DNA from: Alphaproteobacteria bacterium
GTDB lineage: Bacteria > Pseudomonadota > Alphaproteobacteria > Bin95
NCBI GenBank assembly: GCA_965205265.1
Contig: CBDBGH010000003.1
Coordinates: 256,001 to 320,000, forward strand
DNA: 64,000 bases
Direction: 5' to 3'
Made by a program: the position numbers and the translations under genes. Position 1 is the first letter of the stretch, and every line of letters begins with the position of its first letter. This document shows positions 8,496-22,118 of this stretch, in pieces. The notes under the pieces are model-generated. The model did not search any database. It had not been told where the DNA came from and saw only the letters and a list, made by a program, of their open reading frames with translations.

Positions 8496-9836
8496 ATGAA
8501 CCTGTCGAGAATGCTGGCGGCGCGGGCCGCCGAGGGACGGCCGGTGCGGGTCGGCGTCATCGGCTGCGGCAAGTTCGGAGCCATGTTCCTCTCCCAGGCC
8601 GGGCGGACGACGGGCATGCATGTCGCCGGCGTGGCCGACCTGGACCTGGACCGGGCGCGTTCGCAACTGGCGCGCATCAACTGGCCGGCGGAACGCTACG
8701 GCGCCGCGTCCTTCGCGGACGCCTTCGGAGACGGCACGACGTTCCTCACCGAAGACGCGCAGGAGCTCATCGGGGCCGACGGCATCGAGGTGATCGTCGA
8801 AGCGACGGGCAATCCGCCTGCGGGCATCCGCCATGCGCTCGCCTGCTTCGAGGCCGGGCGGCATGTCGTCATGGTGAATGTCGAGGCCGATGTGCTTGCC
8901 GGGCCCCTGCTCGCGCGCAGGGCAGCCGACGCGGGCGTGGCCTGCGCCATGGCCTATGGCGACCAGCCGGCGCTGATCTACGAGATGGTGGACTGGGCGC
9001 GCACCTGCGGCCTCGAGGTCGTGGCGGCCGGCAAGGGCACCAAGCATATGGCGCATTACCACCAGTCCACCCCGGAGACCGTGTGGGAATATTACGGCAT
9101 CGACGCCGAACGGGCGGCGCTCGGCGGCATGAACGCGCAAATGTTCAACTCCTTCGTGGACGGCACCAAGTCCGGCATCGAGATGGCGGCCGTCGCCAAC
9201 GCCACCGGATTGAATGTGCCGCGCAAGGGCCTCTCCTTCCGCCCCGCCTCCGTTTACGAGCTTGCGGACCTGCTGAGGCCCGAGGCCGACGGCGGCACGC
9301 TGGAAGGGCGCGGCGGCTATGTGGAGGTGATCTCCTGCTTCGGCGCAAACGGCCAGGAGGTGCCGCACAACCTGCGCCAGGGGGTCTATGTCACCTTCGC
9401 CGGGGCGGATGAATATGTGCAGCGCTGCTTCGCCGAATACCATGTCTCCACCGACGAGAGCGGCGAATATGCGGCGCTCTGGCGGCCCTCGCACCTGATC
9501 GGGCTGGAGCTTGGCGTGTCAGTGGCAACGGCCGCGCTGCGCGGCGAGTCGACCGGCCATGCGGAGGGCTGGGCCGGCGATGTCGTCGCCACGGCGAAAC
9601 GGGACCTCCGGGCCGGCGAAGTGCTGGACGGGGAGGGCGGCTATTGCGTCTGGGGCAGGCTGATGCCGTCGGCCGACTCGCTGGCGCTCGGCGGCCTGCC
9701 CATCGGCCTCGCCCACGGCGTGCGGCTCCGCAACGCCATACCCTTCGGCCGGCCGGTGACCTGGGACGATGTGGAGATCGACCCGAAGGACCCGACCGTC
9801 GCCTTCCGGCGCGAAATGGAACGCGCCTTCGCTTGA
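8496..9836 (+). CDS. NAD(P)-dependent oxidoreductase with C-terminal SAF domain (homoserine dehydrogenase-like, COG4091 type)
   Basis: Rossmann motif VGVIGCGKFG, VEATG, NVEAD, GDQP, SFVDGTKS; SAF-like AKRDL.AGEVLDGEGGY...LPIGLA; GGAGGA RBS before ATG 8496. Confidence 0.8.
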   Translation: MNLSRMLAARAAEGRPVRVGVIGCGKFGAMFLSQAGRTTGMHVAGVADLDLDRARSQLARINWPAERYGAASFADAFGDGTTFLTEDAQELIGADGIEVIVEATGNPPAGIRHALACFEAGRHVVMVNVEADVLAGPLLARRAADAGVACAMAYGDQPALIYEMVDWARTCGLEVVAAGKGTKHMAHYHQSTPETVWEYYGIDAERAALGGMNAQMFNSFVDGTKSGIEMAAVANATGLNVPRKGLSFRPASVYELADLLRPEADGGTLEGRGGYVEVISCFGANGQEVPHNLRQGVYVTFAGADEYVQRCFAEYHVSTDESGEYAALWRPSHLIGLELGVSVATAALRGESTGHAEGWAGDVVATAKRDLRAGEVLDGEGGYCVWGRLMPSADSLALGGLPIGLAHGVRLRNAIPFGRPVTWDDVEIDPKDPTVAFRREMERAFA

Positions 9837-9847
9837 CGGGAAAGCCC

Positions 9848-10975
9848 GTGTCCCAATCCAACGCGGGGCCGCTGCCGGCATGGCGCGCGCAGGTGGCGGC
9901 GAAGGCGCTGAGCGGCGACCCCGACCAGGAGGCCTGCGCGCGGGCGCTTCAGGATCTGCATGACGCCCTGGGGGCCTTTGCCGCCGCGGGCAGGGCAGGC
10001 GGGTTTCTGGCCCGGCTCGGCCTCATGCGCCGCAGCGAACCGGCTACGGAGGCGCCGAAGGGCATCTACATCCACGGGGCGGTCGGGCGCGGCAAGTCCA
10101 TGCTGATGGACCTCTTCTTCGAGACCGCCCCCGTCGCGGCCAAGCGCCGGGTGCATTTCCACGCCTTCATGGCCGAAGTGCATGACCGCGCCCACCGGAT
10201 GCGGAAGCGCGCCGGCGACCCGATTCCGGGCCTCGCTGCGGCGGTTGCGGACGAAGCGGCCCTGCTCTGCTTCGACGAGTTCCAAGTGGACAATATCGCG
10301 GATGCGATGATCCTCGGCCGCCTGTTCGAAGAGCTGCTGGCGCGGGAGGTCGTCGTGGTCGCAACGTCCAATACCCCGCCGGCGGACCTCTATCGCAACG
10401 GCCTGCAGCGCGAGCGGTTCCTGCCTTTCATCGACATGCTGCAGCGGCGCCTGCGTGTGCTCGAACTGGCCGGAGACGGGGACCACAGGCTGGCGCGGTT
10501 GAGAGGGCGCCGGGTCTATCACGCACCGCTCGACGCCGGGGCGGCCGCCGAGCTCGACCGGGCGTTCCGCGACCTCACCGACATGGAGCAGGGCGTGCCT
10601 GAGACCGTGTCTGTCCGAGGGCGCGAGATCGCCGTGCCGGAAGCCGCGCGCGGCGTGGCGCGCTTCCATTTCGACGAGCTGTGCCGCCAGCCGCTCGGCG
10701 CCGGCGACTATCTGGCGCTGGCCGCCCGGTTCCATACATTCATCATCGCGGGCGTGCCGGCGATGCGCCCGGAAGACCGCAACGAGGCGCGGCGCTTCAT
10801 CAACCTGATCGACGCCCTTTACGAAGCGCGCTGCAACCTCGTGCTGTCGGCCGCGACCGGCCCCGACAAGCTCTATCCCCAAGGCCTCGGAGCCGACATA
10901 TTTCGCCGCACGACATCGCGCTTGATAGAGATGCAGGCAGAGGACTATATCGCCCGCCGCCATCTGGCTGCCTGA
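9848..10975 (+). CDS. zapE: AFG1/ZapE-family ATPase
   Basis: GIYIHGAVGRGKSMLMD, RVHFHAFM, CFDEFQV, TSN..P.DLY.NGLQR, RRFINLIDALYE; usual position upstream of mdh-suc in alphaproteobacteria. Confidence 0.92.
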   Translation: MSQSNAGPLPAWRAQVAAKALSGDPDQEACARALQDLHDALGAFAAAGRAGGFLARLGLMRRSEPATEAPKGIYIHGAVGRGKSMLMDLFFETAPVAAKRRVHFHAFMAEVHDRAHRMRKRAGDPIPGLAAAVADEAALLCFDEFQVDNIADAMILGRLFEELLAREVVVVATSNTPPADLYRNGLQRERFLPFIDMLQRRLRVLELAGDGDHRLARLRGRRVYHAPLDAGAAAELDRAFRDLTDMEQGVPETVSVRGREIAVPEAARGVARFHFDELCRQPLGAGDYLALAARFHTFIIAGVPAMRPEDRNEARRFINLIDALYEARCNLVLSAATGPDKLYPQGLGADIFRRTTSRLIEMQAEDYIARRHLAA

Positions 10976-11016
10976 ACCGCGCGCCCCCGGCGCCATCCTC
11001 CCCGCGAGGTGCCCTC

Positions 11017-12285
11017 ATGCCCGCTTATCTGGGGCCCATCCTGCCGATCCTGGCGGCGGCGGCATTGCTGCAACTCGGCAACGGGTTGCTCGCCACCCTT
11101 ATCGGCGTGCGGCTGGAAGGCGCCGGCTTCGCCGCATCCGTGACGGGGCTGGTGACCACCGCCTATTTCGCCGGGCAGCTCGCCGGGTCCAGCCTGTCGG
11201 GCGGCGTCATCAACCGCGTCGGCCACATTCGCGCCTTCGCCAGCTTTGCGACGGTGCTCTCGGCGGCGGCGCTCATCTATGCGCTCGCGGGCGGGCCGTT
11301 CGTGTGGTCCGCGGTCAGGTTCGCCAACGGTTTCGCGATGGCGGGCGTGCTGCTGGCGATGGAGAGCTGGCTCAACCACGTCTCCGGCAATGCCAGGCGG
11401 GGCTCCGCGCTCTCGATCTACATGGCGGTGTGCTATGCGGCGCTCAGCGTCGGGCCGCTGCTGATGACGATAGAGGAGCCGGAGGGGTTCGCGCTGTTCA
11501 GCATCGCCTCGATACTGATGGGCCTGTCGCTGCTTCCGATGTCGCTCTCGAACCGGGCGCAGCCCGGCGTTGCCCAGCCCTCGCGGCTGCGCTTCCGGGA
11601 CCTCGTGCGCATCTCGCCGCTAGGGATTGCGGGCGCCGTGCTGGCAGGCGCGATGATTGCGCCCCTGGTCGGCCTGAGTTCGGTCTATGCGGTATCCGTC
11701 GGCCACGGCGTTTCCGGCGCAGCGGCGTTCTGGCTGGCCCTGATCGGCGGCGGGTTCGCGCTCTCCTTCCCCATCGGCCGGCTGTCGGACCGTATCGAGC
11801 GGCGTCTTGTGCTGGCGGGCATCTGCTTCGCGGCGCTTGCGGCCGCGCTGCTGTTCCGGGTCGTCGGCGACGGCTCGCTCGAGATGCTGATGGTCTTCGG
11901 CGCCGTGTTCGGCGGACTCGTCTTCGCCGCCTACCCGCTTGCGGCGGCCCATACCAACGACCACCTGCCGCCCGAGGACAGCGTGCCGGCGGCGGCCGGG
12001 CTGCTGATCGCCTTCGGCGCGGGCGCGGTTGCCGGGCCGCCGGTCGCGGCGCTGGCCATGGACCTCGCCGGTCCGGGGGCGCTGTTCGACAGCGTGGCCG
12101 CGATCGCCGCCGGGCTCGGCCTCTTCGCCCTCTACCGGCGCACCCGCCGGGCGGATGTCGATGAGGCCGACAAGGGCGCCTTCGTCGTGCTGCCGCGGAC
12201 CTCGCCCGCTGCCTATGAAATGGACGCCTGGTCCGGCGATGCGCCCGCTGGCGAGCCGCTTGTCGGAGAGGATGAAAGCCATTAG
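11017..12285 (+). CDS. MFS transporter (YcaD-like)
   Basis: About 12 hydrophobic segments; RVGHIRAFASF, ESWLN, GRLSDRIERR. Confidence 0.85.
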   Translation: MPAYLGPILPILAAAALLQLGNGLLATLIGVRLEGAGFAASVTGLVTTAYFAGQLAGSSLSGGVINRVGHIRAFASFATVLSAAALIYALAGGPFVWSAVRFANGFAMAGVLLAMESWLNHVSGNARRGSALSIYMAVCYAALSVGPLLMTIEEPEGFALFSIASILMGLSLLPMSLSNRAQPGVAQPSRLRFRDLVRISPLGIAGAVLAGAMIAPLVGLSSVYAVSVGHGVSGAAAFWLALIGGGFALSFPIGRLSDRIERRLVLAGICFAALAAALLFRVVGDGSLEMLMVFGAVFGGLVFAAYPLAAAHTNDHLPPEDSVPAAAGLLIAFGAGAVAGPPVAALAMDLAGPGALFDSVAAIAAGLGLFALYRRTRRADVDEADKGAFVVLPRTSPAAYEMDAWSGDAPAGEPLVGEDESH

Positions 12286-13293
<1,008 letters not shown>

Positions 13294-13408
13294 CGGGAAC
13301 GATGGGGCCGGTTTCCCCGATGCGGGCAATCGCCTCGCCGCCCCGGCGGCAAAAGAGAGAAGACGGAGCGGGTCGCATGGCAAATGCGCGCACGCGGCGC
13401 AGCGTCGG

Positions 13409-14575
13409 ATGAATATTCACGAATACCAGGCGAAAGGTGTGCTGGCGCGCTTCGACGTGCCGGTGCCGCGCGGCCATGTGGCCTACACGGTGGATGAGGC
13501 TGTCGAGGGCGCGGAAAAGCTCGGCGGGCCGGTCTGGGTCGTCAAGGCGCAGATCCACGCCGGCGGGCGCGGCAAGGCCGGCGGCGTCAAGGTCGTGCGC
13601 TCGGTTGCGGAAGTGCGCGACGCGGCAGCCGGCCTGCTGGGCACCACGCTCGTGACCCACCAGACAGGACCGGACGGGCAAACGGTCAAGCGCATATATG
13701 TGGAGGAAGGCTGCGACATCGCCCGTGAGCTTTACCTTTCCATGCTGGTGGACCGGACTCTCGGGCGCGTTACCGTCGTCGCGTCCACAGAGGGCGGCAT
13801 GAATATCGAAGAGGTGGCCGAGGCGACGCCGGAGAAGATCGTCACCTTCTCGGTCGACCCGGCGACCGGCGTGCAGCCGCATCACGGCCGCCGCGTGGCC
13901 TCCGCCTTCGGGCTCGGAGCGGCGGAGGCCCGCGGGGCGGCGGCGCTGCTCGCCAATCTCTACAGGGCGTTCACGGAGCTCGACGCCGGGCTCATCGAGA
14001 TCAATCCGCTGGTGGTGACCGGCAGCGGCGCGCTGCTTGCCCTCGATGCGAAGATGAGCTTCGACGACAATGCGCTCTTCCGCCAGCCCGGCGTGAACGA
14101 ACTGCGCGACGAGGACGAGGAAACGCCGGTGGAGCGCCAGGCGGAGGCGCTCGGCTTCAGCTATGTCAAGCTCGACGGCAATATCGGCTGCATGGTGAAC
14201 GGCGCCGGCCTCGCCATGGCGACGATGGACATCATCAAGCTGCAGGGAGCCGAGCCCGCCAACTTCCTCGATGTCGGCGGCGGCGCGGACAAGGAGCGCG
14301 TCATCAGCGCCTTCAAGATCATCCTGTCCGACCCCAATGTGGAGGCGATCCTGGTCAATATCTTCGGCGGCATCATGCAATGCGACGTGATCGCGGCCGG
14401 CGTCGTGGAAGCCGCGCATGAGGTCAGCCTCGATGTGCCGCTGGTGGTGCGCCTCGAAGGCACGAATGTGGAGCAGGGCAAGCGCATCCTCGCGCGGTCC
14501 GGGCTGCCTATAACCGCTGCGGACGACCTCGGCGAAGCGGCGGCCAAGGTCGTCGCCGCGGTCGGGGAGGGCTGA
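13409..14575 (+). CDS. sucC: Succinyl-CoA synthetase beta subunit
   Basis: [55 protein letters not shown]. Confidence 0.97.
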   Translation: MNIHEYQAKGVLARFDVPVPRGHVAYTVDEAVEGAEKLGGPVWVVKAQIHAGGRGKAGGVKVVRSVAEVRDAAAGLLGTTLVTHQTGPDGQTVKRIYVEEGCDIARELYLSMLVDRTLGRVTVVASTEGGMNIEEVAEATPEKIVTFSVDPATGVQPHHGRRVASAFGLGAAEARGAAALLANLYRAFTELDAGLIEINPLVVTGSGALLALDAKMSFDDNALFRQPGVNELRDEDEETPVERQAEALGFSYVKLDGNIGCMVNGAGLAMATMDIIKLQGAEPANFLDVGGGADKERVISAFKIILSDPNVEAILVNIFGGIMQCDVIAAGVVEAAHEVSLDVPLVVRLEGTNVEQGKRILARSGLPITAADDLGEAAAKVVAAVGEG

Positions 14576-14579
14576 GACC

Positions 14580-15455
14580 GTGGCGGTGCTGATCGACGGG
14601 AACACCCGCGTGATCTGCCAGGGGATCACGGGCAGGCAGGGCACCTTCCATTCGCAGCAGGCCATCGAGTACGGGACGCAGATGGTTGGCGGGGTCGCGC
14701 CGGGCAAGGGCGGGCGCCGCCATCTCGGGCTGCCGGTCTTCGACACCGTGGCCGAGGCGAAGGCCGAGACGGGGGCCGACGCCACGGTCATCTATGTGCC
14801 GCCGCCCTTCGCGGCCGACGCGATGCTGGAGGCGGCGGCCGCGGAGATTCCGCTCATCGTCTGCATCACCGAGGGCGTGCCGGTGCTCGACATGGTGCGC
14901 GTCAAGCGGGCGCTTGCCGGTTCGGGCTCGCGGCTGATCGGGCCCAATTGCCCGGGCGCCATCACGCCGGAGGCCTGCAAGATCGGCATCATGCCGGGCC
15001 ATATCCACCGGCGCGGGCGGATCGGCATCGTCTCGCGCTCCGGCACGCTGACCTATGAGGCCGTCGCCCAGACGACCGCCGCCGGCCTCGGCCAGTCCAC
15101 CTGCATCGGCATCGGCGGCGACCCGGTCAACGGCACCGATTTCATCGATTGCCTCAGGCTCTTCCATGACGACCCGGAAACGGAGGGCATCGTCATAATC
15201 GGCGAGATCGGCGGCAGCGCGGAGGAAAACGCGGCCGCGTTTTACGCCCGGCTGCCGGCGCGCAAGCCGGCCGTGGGCTTCATCGCCGGGGCGTCGGCCC
15301 CGCCCGGCAAGCGCATGGGCCATGCCGGGGCCATCGTGTCCGGCGGCAAGGGCACGGCGGAGAACAAGATCGACGCCTTTACCGACGCCGGAATTCTGGT
15401 AAGCCGCTCGCCGGCGGCGCTCGGCGAGACCATGCTCGAGGCCCTTGGCCGCTGA
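14580..15455 (+). CDS. sucD: Succinyl-CoA synthetase alpha subunit
   Basis: [34 protein letters not shown] (phospho-His). Confidence 0.97.
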   Translation: MAVLIDGNTRVICQGITGRQGTFHSQQAIEYGTQMVGGVAPGKGGRRHLGLPVFDTVAEAKAETGADATVIYVPPPFAADAMLEAAAAEIPLIVCITEGVPVLDMVRVKRALAGSGSRLIGPNCPGAITPEACKIGIMPGHIHRRGRIGIVSRSGTLTYEAVAQTTAAGLGQSTCIGIGGDPVNGTDFIDCLRLFHDDPETEGIVIIGEIGGSAEENAAAFYARLPARKPAVGFIAGASAPPGKRMGHAGAIVSGGKGTAENKIDAFTDAGILVSRSPAALGETMLEALGR

Positions 15456-15491
15456 CGCGCCGGCGAGAAGGCGGGAAGGAGATAACTGGCA

Positions 15492-18344
<2,853 letters not shown>

Positions 18345-18364
18345 CCGGAGGAGGAGACCGGGCG

Positions 18365-19570
18365 ATGGCGATCGAGATCCATGTGCCGCAGCTCGGCGAG
18401 AGCATCAGCGAGGCGACGGTTGCCCGCTGGATGAAGGCGCCGGGCGACGCGGTGGAGGCGGACGAGCCGCTGGTCGAGCTCGAAACCGACAAGGTCACGG
18501 TCGAGGTGCCGGCGCCCCGGACCGGCGTGCTGGAGGAGATCCTCGCGGGTGAGGGCGAGGAAGTGGAGGTCGGCGCCGTGCTGGGCCGCATGGCGGCCGG
18601 CGCCGCGCCCGCCAGGGCCGTTCCCGCACCGAAGGCGAAGGAGCCGGCCCCGGCTCCGGCGGACGCCCCGGCGCTCTCGCCGGCGGCGCGCAAGCTGCTG
18701 GCGGACAACGCCCTTGCGCCCGAGGCCGTCGCCGGCACCGGCAAGGACGGGCGGATAACCAAGGGGGACGTGCTTGCCCATCTCGAGGCCGCCGCCGCTG
18801 CGCCGCCTGCTGCGGCTCCCGCGCCGGCCCCTGCCGCTCCGGCTGCGCCGCGGGCGCCGCGCCCGGACCATCCGCGCGAGGAGCGGGTGCGGATGTCGCG
18901 CCTGCGCCGGCGCATCGCCGAACGGCTCAAGGACGCCCAGAACACCGCCGCCATGCTCACCACCTTCAACGAGGCGGACATGAGCGGCGTGGTGGCGCTT
19001 CGCCGACGCTACCGGGAGGCGTTCGAGAAGCGCCACGGCGTGCGGCTCGGCTTCATGTCCTTCTTCGTCAAGGCCTGCATCGGCGCGCTCAGGGAAATCC
19101 CCGCGGTCAATGCCGAGATCGACGGCGACGACGTCATCTACAAGAACCATTACGACATCGGCGTGGCCGTCGGCACGGCGCAGGGCCTTGTGGTGCCGGT
19201 GCTGAAGGACGCCGACGCCATGAGCTTCGCCGAGGTCGAGCGCAGCATCGCCGATCTCGGCGCAAGAGCGCGCGACGGCAAGCTCTCCATGGACGACCTC
19301 ACCGGCGGCACCTTCACGATCTCCAATGGCGGGGTTTACGGCTCGCTCATGTCGGCGCCGATCCTCAACCCGCCGCAGTCCGGCATTCTCGGCATGCACA
19401 AGATCGAGGACCGGCCGGTGGCGGTGGACGGCAAGGTGGAGATCCGGCCGATGATGTATCTGGCGCTCTCCTACGACCACCGGATCATCGACGGGTCCGA
19501 GTCCGTCACCTTCCTGGTGCGCGTCAAGGAAGCGATCGAGAATCCCGAGCGCCTGCTGCTCGACGTCTAG
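18365..19570 (+). CDS. sucB: Dihydrolipoyllysine succinyltransferase (E2)
   Basis: Lipoyl motif [11 protein letters not shown]3-binding [10 protein letters not shown], catalytic SYDHRIIDG. Confidence 0.97.
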   Translation: MAIEIHVPQLGESISEATVARWMKAPGDAVEADEPLVELETDKVTVEVPAPRTGVLEEILAGEGEEVEVGAVLGRMAAGAAPARAVPAPKAKEPAPAPADAPALSPAARKLLADNALAPEAVAGTGKDGRITKGDVLAHLEAAAAAPPAAAPAPAPAAPAAPRAPRPDHPREERVRMSRLRRRIAERLKDAQNTAAMLTTFNEADMSGVVALRRRYREAFEKRHGVRLGFMSFFVKACIGALREIPAVNAEIDGDDVIYKNHYDIGVAVGTAQGLVVPVLKDADAMSFAEVERSIADLGARARDGKLSMDDLTGGTFTISNGGVYGSLMSAPILNPPQSGILGMHKIEDRPVAVDGKVEIRPMMYLALSYDHRIIDGSESVTFLVRVKEAIENPERLLLDV

Positions 19571-19585
19571 GAAACGGGGAACTCC

Positions 19586-20995
19586 ATGACCGACAGTTTC
19601 GATGTCGTCGTCATCGGCGGCGGGCCGGGCGGCTATGTGGCGGCGATCCGGGCGGCGCAGCTCGGCATGCGCACGGCCTGCGTCGAGAAACGGGCGACGC
19701 TCGGCGGCACCTGCCTGAATGTCGGCTGCATTCCCTCGAAGGAACTGCTGCACAGCACGCATCTCTTCGAGCAGGCGCAACACGGCTTCGCCGGGCGCGG
19801 CATCAGGGTTCCGGGCGGCGTCGAGGTCGATCTCGCGGCCATGATGGCCGGCAAGGACAAGGTGGTGCGGGACCTCACGAAAGGCATCGGGTTCCTGTTC
19901 CGCAAGCACAAGGTGGAGCATGTTGCGGGCACCGGCCGCATTGCCGGGCCGGGCCGCGTCGAGGTTGCCTCCGAACAGGGGGAAGCGCGCACGCTCGAAG
20001 CCCGCAACATCATCGTCGCCACGGGGTCCGAGCCGGCGGGCCTGCCGGGCATCGGGATCGACGAGAAGCGCATCCTTTCCTCCACCGGCGCGCTCGCGCT
20101 GGAGGCGGTTCCGGAGCGCCTCGCCGTCATCGGCGGCGGCTATATCGGGCTGGAGATGGCGGTCGTCTGGAGTCGCCTCGGCGCGAAGGTGACGGTGATC
20201 GAGTTCCTCGACCGCATCCTTCCCAATATGGACGGCGATGTGGCCAAGGGGATGCACCGCATCCTGAAGAAGAAGGGCTTCGCCTTCATGCTGGGCCACA
20301 AGGTGACCGGCGCGAAAACCGGCAGGAAAGGCGTCGCGCTGTCGGTCGAGAACATGGCTTCGGGCGAGGCCGCGACCGTCGAAGCGGACGCCGTTCTGGT
20401 CGCGGTCGGGCGGCGGCCCTACACGGACGGCCTCGGCCTCGAGAGCGTCGGCATCGAGACGGACGCCCAGGGCCGGATCGGCATCGACGACCGCTTCCGC
20501 ACGAGCGCAGCGGGCATATACGCCATCGGCGATGTGGTGCGCGGGCCGATGCTGGCGCACAAGGCCGAGGACGAGGGCATGGTCTGCGCCGAGATCGTCG
20601 CCGGCCAGTCCGGCCATATCGACTACGATGCGATTCCGGGCGTGGTCTATACATGGCCCGAGGCGGCGGCCGTGGGCCGAACGGAGGAGGCGCTGAAGGA
20701 GGCGGGTATCGAATACGCCGTCGGGCGCTTCCCGTTCCAGGCCAACAGCCGGGCCCGCTGCAGCGGCGAGACCGAGGGCTTCGTGAAGATTCTGGCCGAC
20801 AAGCGCACCGACCGGGTGCTCGGCGTGCATATATTGGGCGCGGATGCCGGCACGATGATCGCCGAGGCGGCGCTGGCGATGGAGTTCGGCGCCTCGGCCG
20901 AGGACATCGCGCGGACCTGCCATGCGCACCCCACTCTCAACGAGGCGGTCAAGGAAGCGGCGCTCGCCGTGGACGGCCGCCCGATCCATGTCTGA
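19586..20995 (+). CDS. lpdA: Dihydrolipoyl dehydrogenase (E3)
   Basis: GGGPGGY, GGTCLNVGCIPSK, HAHPTLNE. Confidence 0.97.
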   Translation: MTDSFDVVVIGGGPGGYVAAIRAAQLGMRTACVEKRATLGGTCLNVGCIPSKELLHSTHLFEQAQHGFAGRGIRVPGGVEVDLAAMMAGKDKVVRDLTKGIGFLFRKHKVEHVAGTGRIAGPGRVEVASEQGEARTLEARNIIVATGSEPAGLPGIGIDEKRILSSTGALALEAVPERLAVIGGGYIGLEMAVVWSRLGAKVTVIEFLDRILPNMDGDVAKGMHRILKKKGFAFMLGHKVTGAKTGRKGVALSVENMASGEAATVEADAVLVAVGRRPYTDGLGLESVGIETDAQGRIGIDDRFRTSAAGIYAIGDVVRGPMLAHKAEDEGMVCAEIVAGQSGHIDYDAIPGVVYTWPEAAAVGRTEEALKEAGIEYAVGRFPFQANSRARCSGETEGFVKILADKRTDRVLGVHILGADAGTMIAEAALAMEFGASAEDIARTCHAHPTLNEAVKEAALAVDGRPIHV

Positions 20996-21028
20996 ACGAC
21001 ACAGCCCCGGCAAGGAAGGACACCCCTC

Positions 21029-21637
21029 ATGAAGCTCTACACATCCATCGGGCCGAACCCGCATGTCGTGCGCATGTTCATGGCCGAGGCCGGCATCGAG
21101 GTGCCCGAGGAGAAGATCGATATCCGCAAAGGCGTCAACCGCGAGAGCGAATACCTCTCGAAGAACCCGTCCGGCCAGAGCCCGTGCCTGGAGCTCGACG
21201 ACGGCAGCCATATCGCGGAGATCACGGCGATCTGCGAATATCTGGCGGACAGGCAGGGCGGCTCGCCGCTGATCGGCTCGACGCCGGAAGAGCGCGGCGA
21301 AACCCGCATGTGGACGCGCCGGGTCGATCTCAATATCTGCGAGCCGCTCGCCAACGGCTTCCGCTTCGGCGAGGGACTAAAGATGTTCCAGAGCCGCATC
21401 CGCTGCATTCCCGAGGCGTCGAACGGGCTGAAGGCCATCGCGCAGGACAAGATCGCGTGGCTGGACGCGCAGATGGACGGCAGGCAGTTCCTCTGCGGCG
21501 ACCGCATCAGCCTTGCCGACATCCTGCTTTACTGCTTCCTCGCCTTCGGCAAGACGGTCGGACAGGACATCGCGCCCGAGAACGCGAACGTGACCGCCTG
21601 GTTCGAACGCATGAAGGCGCGCCCCACCTCCGCCTGA
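21029..21637 (+). CDS. Glutathione S-transferase family protein
   Basis: MKLY..GPNP, KNPSGQSP.LELDDG..IAE, GDRISLADI. Confidence 0.9.
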   Translation: MKLYTSIGPNPHVVRMFMAEAGIEVPEEKIDIRKGVNRESEYLSKNPSGQSPCLELDDGSHIAEITAICEYLADRQGGSPLIGSTPEERGETRMWTRRVDLNICEPLANGFRFGEGLKMFQSRIRCIPEASNGLKAIAQDKIAWLDAQMDGRQFLCGDRISLADILLYCFLAFGKTVGQDIAPENANVTAWFERMKARPTSA

Positions 21638-21664
21638 GCGGGCGGACTGCTGCAGGAAAAGAAG

Positions 21665-21690
21665 CCTTCTCCCCCATGGGGAGGGTTGGG
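21665..21690. repeat. Degenerate fragment of a CCCTCTCCC..GGGAG(A)GGGTTGGGG-type REP-like hairpin
   Basis: CCTTCTCCCCCATGGGAGGGTTGGGG between convergent genes; resembles a widespread extragenic palindrome (recalled from memory); single copy in the window. Confidence 0.3.
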
Positions 21691-21714
21691 GCGGCGGCGC
21701 AGGGCGCGCGCCCG

Positions 21715-21882
21715 TTATTCGGCGGCAGGGGCCGGATCGTTGCGGGTGTTCAGGCTGCTCTCCCAGCGGTCGATACGGGCAATCAGATTGCTCTCGAAGC
21801 GGTCGATGCGGGCGCTCAGGCGCAGGATAAGGCCGGCGAGCGCGATGCCGGTGCCCAGGATTGCAATAAGTTCAGGGCTCAA
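21715..21882 (-). CDS. Small (about 55 aa) membrane-anchored protein with an internal ARIDR(F/W)ES repeat
   Basis: TTG at 21882 after GAGG gives MSPELIAILGTGIALAGLILRLSARIDRFESNLIARIDRWESSLNTRNDPAPAAE: one hydrophobic helix, then a coiled-coil-like repeat. Lower GC than the flanks. Confidence 0.55.
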   Translation of the reverse strand: MSPELIAILGTGIALAGLILRLSARIDRFESNLIARIDRWESSLNTRNDPAPAAE

Positions 21883-22118
21883 GAGCCGTGCCTCGCCGGC
21901 GGCGTGTTCCCGGTTTTTTCGGTTTCCGCGGGGACGATGCACCGTCTGCGGCTTGCAGGCAAGGGAATTGCGCCGGGCGGGCCGAGCGGCTGGCGGCGTG
22001 CTCTCGCCGGTCCGGGAGGACCCGGTGCGGAACTTCCGGAATCCCGCGATCGAACGCTTGCGGTAGCCCGGACGGTTTCGCCATGCTTCGGCGAGCCGAA
22101 GCCGAGGAGCCGCCGCGC

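Noticed and set aside
18595-18870. Ala/Pro-rich low-complexity repeats in sucB
   Set aside because: Ordinary flexible linkers of E2 subunits.
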